From: a virus
Lineage: Duplodnaviria; Caudoviricetes
Strand: one strand, 5' to 3'
Length of the DNA stretch: 55,859 nt
IMG/VR virus record: IMGVR_UViG_3300044899_000002
Span: 1 to 55,859 of that record
Each line of letters begins with the position of its first letter. Positions within the stretch are counted from its first letter, which is position 1. Made by a program: the position numbers and the translations under genes. The notes under the pieces are model-generated. The model was not told the origin of the DNA. It made no database searches and saw nothing but the letters and a program-made list of their open reading frames with translations. Of this stretch, positions 6,068 to 14,461 are shown piece after piece.

Positions 6068-7901
6068 CAACCCGTTCGCCAAGCGCAAGGGCACGCGGGC
6101 ACCCAAGGCGACACCGCTGCCCCAGCCCGAGGCCATCGACGTGGACGCGCTGCGCTCGGAATACGACCCCGACGAGGCGCGCCGGTTCGAGGAGACTGAC
6201 CGGCCCGTCCCCGATGTCTGGACCGACGAGGGCGTGCTGGACACCGAGCGCGCCCGGCTGATATTCGAGCAGACCCGCGAGTGGCCCGCCGAGCAGCGCA
6301 CCGCCATGCTGACCAGCCTGCGCGCCGCCGAGGTGCGGGCCACGGTCAAAACCAAGTACGCCCACCCCGGTCACCTGGCGGCGGCGTGTGACCCGACGTA
6401 CACCCTGACCCCGGCCCTGGACCTGGTGGGCCAGGCGATAGAGGCGGTGCTGAACAGCCCGCACAAGATCAACCTGTTGATCACCATGCCCCCGCAGGAG
6501 GGCAAGTCCACCACCGGCTCGGTGTGGACCCCGCTGCGCGCCCTCCAGCTCAACCCAAACCGCCGCATCATCCTGGCCACCTACGCCGACGCCCTGGCCG
6601 AGATGCACAGCCGCACGGCACGCGGGTGGATCGAGTCGCATGGCACCGACGTGGTGGACGGCCTGACCAGCCTGGTGGTGCCGGACAAAATCGGCCTCAA
6701 GCTCGCCGCCGGTAACGCCAAGGTGTCGCACTGGGGCGTGGAGGGCGGCAACGGTGGCCTCCTGGCCGCTGGCATCGGTGCCCGCATGACGGGTATGCCT
6801 GCGGACTTGATGATCATTGACGACCCGTTCAAGAATGCCGTGGAGGCCGACAGCGCCACCCACCGCAACAAGGTGGACACCTGGTTCAGCACCGTCGCGC
6901 TCACCCGCCTCGCGCCGGACGCCAGCGTCATCCTCATCCAGACCCGGTGGCACCCCGAGGACCTGGCGGGCAAGATTCTCGCGGGCGAGAAAATGCTGGA
7001 CAAGTCCGAGCGGTCCTGGCGTCACATCAACATCCCCGCCATCGCCGAGGACGGCATCAAGGACGCGCTACGCCGCCCCGTCGGCACGCCGATGGTGTCC
7101 GCGCGAGACACGCCCGAGGCCAAACGCAATTTCCCCATGACGCGCAAACAGGTCGGCGAGCGCACTTGGTACGCCCTCTATCAGGGCAGCCCCACCAACC
7201 CGGCGGGCGGGATATTCCAGCGCGCGTGGTTCGACCCCCGCCTACCCCAGCCGCCCGATTACCCCATCGCCAGCATCGTGGGCGTGGACCCCGCCGACAG
7301 CGGCGAGGGCGACGAGGCGGGCATCCTGGCCGGGTCCCTCTACGCCGAGGGTGGCCAGGCCAAGATTGCCCTGACCCATGACCGCTCGGGGCACTACACC
7401 AGCGACCAGTGGGCCACCGTGGCGGTGACGCTCGCCCTGGAGGTCGGTGCGCGCGTGCTGGCCGTGGAGGGCTACACCACCGCCAAGACATACCTGCGAG
7501 TGGTCCGCCAGGCGTACACCGCCCAGCACAACGAGGCGGTGGCCAAGCGTGCTCGGGGCGAGCTGCTGACGCCGGTAGAGCAGCGGGCCATCCCCGACAT
7601 GCCGCCGTTCCTGATCAAGCCGTGGCGGGGTCCCAGCAAGGCCGACGCCATCGCGCGCTCGGGTGCGCTGTCGCAGTCGTTCGAGGTGGGCCGTGCCCGC
7701 ACCGTGGAGTTCAGCCTGCGCGTGTTCGAGGAACAGGCGTGCGATTGGAACGCCGGACAGCACCAGCCCGACCGGGTGGCGGCGGCGGTCATCGTCCACG
7801 ACGAGCTGATGGAACTGGCGGGCGGTCAGATGACGGTGGCCACGCCGGTCAACCGAACCCCGGCACCCCCGCCCGCCTGGATGCGGCGCAAAATCGGTTA
7901 G
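6060..7901 (+). CDS. terL: Terminase large subunit
   Basis: ITMPPQEGKST Walker A, LMIIDDP Walker B, ILIQTRWHPEDL, nuclease motifs GVDPA and QPDRVAA. Confidence 0.95.
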   Translation: MPDNPFAKRKGTRAPKATPLPQPEAIDVDALRSEYDPDEARRFEETDRPVPDVWTDEGVLDTERARLIFEQTREWPAEQRTAMLTSLRAAEVRATVKTKYAHPGHLAAACDPTYTLTPALDLVGQAIEAVLNSPHKINLLITMPPQEGKSTTGSVWTPLRALQLNPNRRIILATYADALAEMHSRTARGWIESHGTDVVDGLTSLVVPDKIGLKLAAGNAKVSHWGVEGGNGGLLAAGIGARMTGMPADLMIIDDPFKNAVEADSATHRNKVDTWFSTVALTRLAPDASVILIQTRWHPEDLAGKILAGEKMLDKSERSWRHINIPAIAEDGIKDALRRPVGTPMVSARDTPEAKRNFPMTRKQVGERTWYALYQGSPTNPAGGIFQRAWFDPRLPQPPDYPIASIVGVDPADSGEGDEAGILAGSLYAEGGQAKIALTHDRSGHYTSDQWATVAVTLALEVGARVLAVEGYTTAKTYLRVVRQAYTAQHNEAVAKRARGELLTPVEQRAIPDMPPFLIKPWRGPSKADAIARSGALSQSFEVGRARTVEFSLRVFEEQACDWNAGQHQPDRVAAAVIVHDELMELAGGQMTVATPVNRTPAPPPAWMRRKIG

Positions 7902-7946
7902 CTGACAAATAGGCTGATCTGCTGGCCAACCCTGGCGGCATGTTTG

Positions 7947-8522
7947 CTAGTCGCCGAGCTTGGCCATGACCTCGGTGCGGTAGTTGGTCACCGGCACGAT
8001 GGGCAACCCCATCTGCTGGCACACCGCTGCGCCGACGACGGCGGCGTCCGCCTCGTTGTTGTCGCTGATGTCGGCCTCGGGGAACAGCTTGATGGCAGCG
8101 GCCAACACCTCGTCCTTGGATGCGTTGCCCTTGCCGGTGGCGAACTTGGCCCGCGCCGAGGTGGCCACGATGGTCAGCGGCACGTCGTACTCCTCGCACA
8201 GCATGATGACCTCGCCCCATATCCAGGGCAGCACCCACGCGCCCTCACCGCGAGCGCCGAACGCCAGCCCCTCCATGCCCACGCGGTCAGGCTTGTCCTC
8301 GCGGAAACACCACTCAATCTGTTCCAGCAGCGACTTGACCCGGCGGGCCATCGCGCGCTTGCTCTTGTCCTTGGTGGGTTTGGGCGCGCCGACGCGGGCC
8401 ACGTCCATCTGGAACTCCACCGGCTCGCCCTCCTGGCGCGCCGGGCGCGAGGGTGGCCACGTCGCCAGGTCGATGCGCGCGAGGCCGGTGCCGGTCAGGC
8501 TGGTGTCTATCCCCAGAACCAT
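7947..8522 (-). CDS. ruvC: RuvC-like Holliday junction resolvase
   Basis: VLGIDTSLTGTG, GME, KFATGKGNASK and NEADA RuvC motifs. Confidence 0.9.
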   Translation of the reverse strand: MVLGIDTSLTGTGLARIDLATWPPSRPARQEGEPVEFQMDVARVGAPKPTKDKSKRAMARRVKSLLEQIEWCFREDKPDRVGMEGLAFGARGEGAWVLPWIWGEVIMLCEEYDVPLTIVATSARAKFATGKGNASKDEVLAAAIKLFPEADISDNNEADAAVVGAAVCQQMGLPIVPVTNYRTEVMAKLGD

Positions 8523-8716
8523 CACCACAGCAGGGCACCCGTCAGCGGGCCGTGGTCCACGTTCTCCTCCAGGTGATACGCCGGGCGCGGGCACAGCCAG
8601 CCCTCGGGGGTCAGCACCCCGCAGCGGTGTCGGGTTCCGGCGGCGGTGAACTCATGCCCCACCACGTCATCGTGGTCGGTCATGTCCACGCCGCAACGGC
8701 ATAGGGCGATGTCCAT
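8522..8716 (-). CDS. Small Cys/His-rich protein
   Basis: 64 aa; coupled to ruvC; TAACAT -10 lies 6 nt before the ATG. Confidence 0.7.
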   Translation of the reverse strand: MDIALCRCGVDMTDHDDVVGHEFTAAGTRHRCGVLTPEGWLCPRPAYHLEENVDHGPLTGALLW

Positions 8717-8722
8717 GCCGTC

Positions 8723-8756
8723 ATGTTACCCGACATGTTCGGGATTGTCGTACCCT
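8723..8756. promoter_or_regulatory. Divergent leaderless promoters flanking a CCCGA-N5-TCGGG palindrome
   Basis: TAACAT (minus, 8728-8723) and TACCCT (plus, 8751-8756), each 6 nt from an ATG; cccgacatgttcggg lies between them. Confidence 0.6.
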
Positions 8757-8762
8757 TGGGCC

Positions 8763-9188
8763 ATGTCCCTCATCGTGCTCATCGTGTGGTTCCTCGCCAT
8801 CGCCCGCGTCACCCGGCTCATCAACGCGGACACCATCCTGGACGCCCCGCGCGCCTGGCTGGCCACCCGTGCGGTGACCGCCCGCGAGGACGCCAACCTG
8901 GCCAAGGCCGACGGGCGCGAGCTGTTCCCCCGCCAGCCCCTCCAGCGCCGGGCGGCGCGGTGGGAGAAAACGCTGGCGTTCACACAGTGCCCGTGGTGCG
9001 TCGGCATGTGGCTGGCCCTGCTGTCCGCGTGGGCACCGATGGTCCTGCTGTCCTGGTTCTCCCGCCCCTGGTACCTGGACGCGGTGGTCTACCTCGCGCT
9101 GGCGCTGGCGGCGTCCCACCTCGTCGGGGTGTTCGCCCGGTTCGCCGACACCGAGGAAATCGAGTTCGAGGACGATGACGCTGCGTAG
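8763..9188 (+). CDS. Membrane protein (DUF1360-like)
   Basis: Hydrophobic N-terminus, ARVTRLINADTI, CPWCVGMW and further TM segments. Confidence 0.75.
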   Translation: MSLIVLIVWFLAIARVTRLINADTILDAPRAWLATRAVTAREDANLAKADGRELFPRQPLQRRAARWEKTLAFTQCPWCVGMWLALLSAWAPMVLLSWFSRPWYLDAVVYLALALAASHLVGVFARFADTEEIEFEDDDAA

Positions 9189-9213
9189 CACGGGCACCGG
9201 CTAACCTGCTCAC

Positions 9214-11130
9214 ATGGCCCCGTCCACTATGCGCGTCGTGCGCCGTCCCAAGGGCAGCGCACCGCGTCGGGCGCTGACTGCCGCATCGCAGCCGGTGGAC
9301 CCCGGCAAGTCCTCGCCCCGCACCAACCTCGGCAGCGCCAGCCGTTCGGACTGGCAGGCCGAGGCGTGGGACATGTTGGACATCGTTGGCGAGCTGGGTT
9401 ACGTCGTCGCCTGGATTGCCGCCAGCGTCAGCCGCGTTCGGCTCATCGCATCCGAGATCGACCCGAACACCGGACTACCCACGGGTGGCCTCGCCGAGGA
9501 CGCAGACGGCAACCTGACGCCCGAGCAGCAGCGTGTCGCGGCCATCATCCGGTCCATCGCTGGCGGGCCACAGGGTCAGTCGCAAATGCAGAAGCGTGTC
9601 GCCGAGTGCCTTTACGTCCCCGGCGAGCACTGGCTGGCCATCCTGGACCGGGGCGAGCGGTTCCCCGACGGCACCCCGATGGCCTCCTGGTTCGTCATCA
9701 CCCGCGACGAGTGGCGCAAGCGCACCACCGGCAACAGCGTCGGCGAGGTGGAGATTGACCTGCCCGACGGGGACAAGCACATCGTGGTGGGCGGCGTGGA
9801 CCGATTCATCCGCGTGTGGAACCCCCGCCCTCGCCGGGCCAAGGAACCCCACAGCCTGGTGCGCTCGGCCCTGGACCCCCTGCGCGAAATCGTCCGCACC
9901 ACCAAGAAAATCAAGGTGGCCGACAAGTCCCGGCTGATCGGCAACGGCGTGGTGTTCCTGCCCGCCGAGATGAGCCTGCCCGCCGCGCAGGCACCCGTGG
10001 CCGACAACCAGCCCGGTGCCCCCATCCCCGTCGTCCAGGGCGTCGGCGCTGCCGACCAGCTCGCCAACCTGATCTATCAGCAGGCCGTCGCGGCGGTGGA
10101 GGACGACGACAGCCAGGCGGCGGTCGTGCCCCTGCTGGCCACCGTCCCCGGCGAACACCTCGGCAAGATTTTCCACCTCAAGATCGGCGATGAGGTCACC
10201 GAGATCGAGCTGAAAAAGCGCAACGACGCCATTGCGCGCCTGGCGATGTCGCTGAACATCAGCCCCGAGCGCCTGCTGGGGTTGTCGCAGGGCAACCACT
10301 GGAGTGCGTGGGCCATCGGGGACGAGGATGTCCAGTCCCACATCAAGCCCATCGTTGAGACGCTGGTGTCCGCCATCAACCGCGAGGTCCTGCGGGTGGT
10401 GCTGGAGCGCGAGGGCATCGACGCGAGCAAGTATTGCCTGTGGTACGACGCCAGCGGGCTGACCGCTGACCCCGACCTGACCGACGAGGCGAACAAGGCG
10501 CGCGAGCTGGGCGCACTGCGCAACGAGGTCTACCTGCGGATGCTCGGGCTGCCCGAGGACGGTGGCCACGACCTCACCACGCTGGAGGGTGCGCAGGCGT
10601 GGGCGCGCGAGGCCATCATCCAGGACCCCACGCTCATCACCACGCTCGCGCCGCTGCTGGACGGCGAGCTGGCGGACATCGAGTGGCCGACGCCGCAGCC
10701 TGCGTTGCCGCCTGGCCAGGACCCCGCCGAGGACCCCGACGCGGTGGACACGGGCGAGCCGACCACCGACGAGGACCCCGACGACTCGGCCAGCGCCAGC
10801 ATTCACTCGCTGCACAGCCGGGCCGAGTTCATCCTGGCCGAGCGCCTGTTGACCAGCCGCGCCCTGGAGCTGGCCGGTAAGCGCCGGTTCAGCATCAGCG
10901 ACCGCGACCAAAAGGCACGGTTGCGCGGGCTGGCCCCGCACGATTACCACCGCGTCATGGGGCCGGTGAGCGCCGCCGAGGTGCCCAAGCTGATCAGCGG
11001 GTGGGACAACGCCCTGGCCGACCATGCCATTGAGCTGCTGGGCATCGACACCGACGCCATGCGCGCCGCCGTCAAGGCCAAGGTGGTCGCGCAGCTCACC
11101 GCGCCGACCATCGACGTGGAGGCGTCCTGA
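9214..11130 (+). CDS. Portal protein
   Basis: 638 aa, downstream of terminase; RVWNPRP and GNHWSAW motifs typical of actinophage portals. Confidence 0.85.
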   Translation: MAPSTMRVVRRPKGSAPRRALTAASQPVDPGKSSPRTNLGSASRSDWQAEAWDMLDIVGELGYVVAWIAASVSRVRLIASEIDPNTGLPTGGLAEDADGNLTPEQQRVAAIIRSIAGGPQGQSQMQKRVAECLYVPGEHWLAILDRGERFPDGTPMASWFVITRDEWRKRTTGNSVGEVEIDLPDGDKHIVVGGVDRFIRVWNPRPRRAKEPHSLVRSALDPLREIVRTTKKIKVADKSRLIGNGVVFLPAEMSLPAAQAPVADNQPGAPIPVVQGVGAADQLANLIYQQAVAAVEDDDSQAAVVPLLATVPGEHLGKIFHLKIGDEVTEIELKKRNDAIARLAMSLNISPERLLGLSQGNHWSAWAIGDEDVQSHIKPIVETLVSAINREVLRVVLEREGIDASKYCLWYDASGLTADPDLTDEANKARELGALRNEVYLRMLGLPEDGGHDLTTLEGAQAWAREAIIQDPTLITTLAPLLDGELADIEWPTPQPALPPGQDPAEDPDAVDTGEPTTDEDPDDSASASIHSLHSRAEFILAERLLTSRALELAGKRRFSISDRDQKARLRGLAPHDYHRVMGPVSAAEVPKLISGWDNALADHAIELLGIDTDAMRAAVKAKVVAQLTAPTIDVEAS

Positions 11131-13688
11131 TGTGGCCCGAGCGTGGTGAGGCGCTGTCTCGAACCATTGATTTCGAGGATGCCCTGGCCGACCTCTACGC
11201 CGAGGGTTTGAATCGGTACGTGGTGGATGTCCACCCGATGGTGGTGCCCGCACTCACTGCCGCGACCTTGCCGCCGGACCCCGATGCCGTCGATGAAACG
11301 TCGAACCTCTGGGATCAGCTAGCGGCCAGCCTGATCCTAGCTGGCTTGTCAACCCTGTGGGTATTGGCCCTGCTGGAGACACTGGAGGCGCTGGGTATCC
11401 CCATTCCCAGCCTGCCCGAGCTGGGTAACCGGCGACCGGCCCCGACGGTGCCGCCCGAGGTGCTGCGCTCGGTGACTCGGCACGCCACCAGCATCACCCG
11501 CACCGAGGTCCTGGAGGCGGTGGAGGTCATCGAGAACGACGACGACCTGCGCCTGGCCCGCGATGATTTCCTGGCCAGCCAGCGCGAGATCGTCGCCCGG
11601 CCCCCGGCCATGATCCGCGACCGGGTGAGCGCGGCGGTGAGGGACGCTACCCCCGACATCGACGCCTCCCCGGTCGCACAGGTGCAGCGCACCCCTGCCC
11701 CGGCAGCGCCGACCGTTGACGTGGCAGCGCCGACCATTGCCGCCCCAGCCGCCGACCCCGTGCCCGACATCGAGGTGGTCGTGGTCAACCAGCGGGCAGC
11801 GGCGTCCTCGGCGCTGACGCCGGGCAGCGAGGTCGTGCGCGACGTGGCCCGGCTGTCGGGATACCAGGCCGCAGGCGTCCAGAACGCCGCCGTCATCACC
11901 GCCGCCAAGCTGTCCGAGGACGAGCTGGAGAAAACCTGGATTGCCACGATTGACGGCAAGACTCGCAATACCCATTTCGCCGCCGACGGCCAGCGCGCAC
12001 CCCTTGCCGGTAGTTTCACGGTGGGCGGCGCATCGCTGCGTTTCCCTGGTGACCCAGACGGCCCGCCGGATGAGGTCGCAAATTGCCGGTGCCGCGTAGG
12101 CGTGCTGGCACCCGACGAGGAGCTGCCCGATGAGGTTGACCGCCACACCGAACGCCTCAACGGGCGCGACTCGGTGCAGCGCAACCGCGTCGGCAGCCAG
12201 GCCGACGAGATCGAACGACGGGCGGCGGATGGCGTCGTCCGCGCCCGCGACGACGTGGACGAGCACGGGCGCGTCAGTCAAACCGCAGCGGGCGGATGGA
12301 CTGCCCCGAGTGAACAGGAGTACGACATGCCAGGCCAGCGCGTAGTCAACACCGTGGAGGGCGGCAGCACCGTCGTGCTGTCCGACGGCACCGACGGCGA
12401 GACGTTCCGCACGTTCACCGACCAGCCCATTGCGTTCATCGGCATCGAGACGAGCGACGGGCGGATGCTCAAGGACGGCATTGAGCTGTCCATGCGCGAT
12501 TTCCCGCTGCCGGTCATGTGGTGCGAGCAGTCGTCCGGCGGGCATTACGACAGCTACACCGTGGGCGTGGCCGAGGCCGCGAGCGTGGACGGCGACACCG
12601 TGCGCGGGTCCGGCTACTGGCTGAACACCGACAAGGCCAACGAGGCGTTCGAGACGGCCAGCCGTCTGGTGTCCCGGCCCTCGGTGGACCTCGCCGCCAC
12701 CGAGTGGATGCTGACCGACGAGGACGGCAACGAGATCACCGAGGAGCAATGGTGGGACATGCCCATCGACGCCAAGGTCATCCAGACCATCACCAAGGCC
12801 GAGCTGATCGGCTTCACGATGGTCGCCACGCCAGCGTTCGGGGACACCCGCATCGAGTTCAACCCCGAGCGCGAGTCCAGGGACGCCGCCATCGTCGCCA
12901 GCGCCGCCGATGATTTCCGGCCCCGCGTCTACCCGGCGGGGATGTTCGCAGACCCCGGCCTGTCCGAGCCAACCGAGATTCACATGCGCGAGGACGGGCG
13001 CATCGTCGGCCACCTGGCCTGTTTCGGGGCGTGCCACCGCAGCATCCAGGCGCAGTGCGTCATGGCCCCACGCTCGCCGTCGGCATACAGCCAGTTCCTC
13101 ACCTCGCCCTCGGTGGCCCTGGACGACGGCAAGCGCCAGCGCGTCGGGCGGCTCACCGTCGGCACCGGCCACGCGCCGGACACCGCCAGCGCGGCGGTGG
13201 CAATGGCCCACTACGACAACACCGGGGCGTGCTTTGCCCTGGTGACCGTCGGCGAGGATGCGCATGGCATCTGGGTGTCCGGCGTGGCCGCACCGTGGGC
13301 GACCGCCGAGCAGATCGAGATGGGGCTGTCCGCCCCGCTGTCCGGCGACTGGCGCGATTTCGGCCAGGGGTTGGACCTCATCGCCGCCCTGGCCGTCAAC
13401 ACGCCGGGGTTCGCCGTGCGTGGCCGCGACGACGCGCAGGGCCGTCCCGTGGCCCTGGTCGCCAGCCTCGGCCCGTCGCCGACCGGCGAGCGCGGCAAGT
13501 CGGGCGCGGCGCTGTCCGCCGACGCCATCGGCGACATCGTGACCCGCGCGGTGACCGCTGCCCTGGCGCAGCGCGACACCGACACCGAGGTGGCCGCGTT
13601 GCTCGCTGCCGTCCCGGCCAAGGCTGGCCCGGCACCGACGCCGCCGACCGCCGACGAGGAACTGGCCGAGCTGCTGGCGCGCATCTGA
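11130..13688 (+). CDS. MuF-like (gpF) and capsid maturation protease fusion
   Basis: KTWIATIDGKTRNTH...ANCRC MuF motif; C-terminal protease-like region (ETSDGR, PSVDL, TMVATPAF). Confidence 0.85.
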   Translation: MWPERGEALSRTIDFEDALADLYAEGLNRYVVDVHPMVVPALTAATLPPDPDAVDETSNLWDQLAASLILAGLSTLWVLALLETLEALGIPIPSLPELGNRRPAPTVPPEVLRSVTRHATSITRTEVLEAVEVIENDDDLRLARDDFLASQREIVARPPAMIRDRVSAAVRDATPDIDASPVAQVQRTPAPAAPTVDVAAPTIAAPAADPVPDIEVVVVNQRAAASSALTPGSEVVRDVARLSGYQAAGVQNAAVITAAKLSEDELEKTWIATIDGKTRNTHFAADGQRAPLAGSFTVGGASLRFPGDPDGPPDEVANCRCRVGVLAPDEELPDEVDRHTERLNGRDSVQRNRVGSQADEIERRAADGVVRARDDVDEHGRVSQTAAGGWTAPSEQEYDMPGQRVVNTVEGGSTVVLSDGTDGETFRTFTDQPIAFIGIETSDGRMLKDGIELSMRDFPLPVMWCEQSSGGHYDSYTVGVAEAASVDGDTVRGSGYWLNTDKANEAFETASRLVSRPSVDLAATEWMLTDEDGNEITEEQWWDMPIDAKVIQTITKAELIGFTMVATPAFGDTRIEFNPERESRDAAIVASAADDFRPRVYPAGMFADPGLSEPTEIHMREDGRIVGHLACFGACHRSIQAQCVMAPRSPSAYSQFLTSPSVALDDGKRQRVGRLTVGTGHAPDTASAAVAMAHYDNTGACFALVTVGEDAHGIWVSGVAAPWATAEQIEMGLSAPLSGDWRDFGQGLDLIAALAVNTPGFAVRGRDDAQGRPVALVASLGPSPTGERGKSGAALSADAIGDIVTRAVTAALAQRDTDTEVAALLAAVPAKAGPAPTPPTADEELAELLARI

Positions 13689-13930
13689 TGGGGTGCTCAT
13701 GCGGCGGTAAGACATCGGCCAACAGCAGCGACACCCTCGGGTACTACGTCGTGCTGCCCAACGGGCGCGGCATCCTCCCCGAGGGGTTCGACCCTGCGAC
13801 GTTCGACCCCGATGACCGCACAGCGGTCGCGCCGTATTTCGGCGTCTACGAGGCCAACGCACAGGTGACCCTCAACCGTGGCGGGACCATCAAGCGGCTC
13901 AAACGTCAGCCAGCCTCGGCCACCGCGTAG
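13688..13930 (+). CDS. Small hypothetical protein (MGCSCGGK...)
   Basis: TGATG coupling to the protease gene; 80 aa. Confidence 0.75.
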   Translation: MGCSCGGKTSANSSDTLGYYVVLPNGRGILPEGFDPATFDPDDRTAVAPYFGVYEANAQVTLNRGGTIKRLKRQPASATA

Positions 13931-13946
13931 AGGTCCCGCAACGCAA

Positions 13947-13978
13947 CGAACCCCCGACCCTGATGGGCCGGGGGTTCG
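13947..13978. terminator. Stem-loop between convergent genes, probable bidirectional terminator
   Basis: CGAACCCCCG-ACCC-tgat-GGGC-CGGGGGTTCG. Confidence 0.7.
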
Positions 13979-13990
13979 GTGTTGGTGGGG

Positions 13991-14257
13991 TCAGGCAGCG
14001 GCAACCACCGCCTCGGTCACCATGTCGTGGGTGATGCCGCCCGCGCCGTAGTTGCGGCGCACCATGCTGGCGCTGACGTACCCGGCGTTGATGCGGGCGG
14101 CGGCACCGAGCGCGTGGGCGACGTTCTTGGGGCTGGCGTCGATGGCCCCGACCTCGAACAGCGCGCGGGCAATCTGGACCTCGATGGTGCTGGCCTCGGT
14201 GTGCGCGATGGCGGTGCGGAACTCGCGGTCAATGTCGGCGGCGGTGTGGATGCTCAT
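13991..14257 (-). CDS. Hypothetical protein; moron-like antisense insertion in the head operon
   Basis: 88 aa MSIHTAADIDREF...; AGGAG RBS; has its own cassette promoter and terminator. Confidence 0.75.
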   Translation of the reverse strand: MSIHTAADIDREFRTAIAHTEASTIEVQIARALFEVGAIDASPKNVAHALGAAARINAGYVSASMVRRNYGAGGITHDMVTEAVVAAA

Positions 14258-14278
14258 GGGGTTCTCCTGTGGGGTGAG

Positions 14279-14334
14279 GGCGGGCCGTTCCCGCCGAACA
14301 AGGACAACAATACCGTAAAACTCGGGATTGTCAA
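14279..14334 (-). promoter_or_regulatory. Repeated cassette copy 9
   Basis: TTGACA-atcccgagttttacgg-TATTGT; palindrome at 14279-14295. Confidence 0.85.
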
Positions 14335-14461
14335 ACCCAACGCCCCCGGTCGCTGCACACCGTTCCCCTACAGTTCGGCGCAGAGGGAACCTGGCCGGTT
14401 GTGTACCGGGGAACGCTCGCCCGAGACAACGCAAGTAGTTGACCGAACCGAGGAGTTCGCA

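Noticed and set aside
14344-14411. Possible structured RNA in the capsid leader (CCCCGGT/ACCGGGG, TTCCC/GGGAA)
   Set aside because: A likely -10 (TACAGT, 14369-14374) lies inside it, so the 5' arm may not be transcribed. Such pairing also arises by chance at this GC content.
13979-14461. Capsid ORF extension from 13979
   Set aside because: It overlaps the antisense moron and its promoter, and a clear SD precedes GTG 14462.
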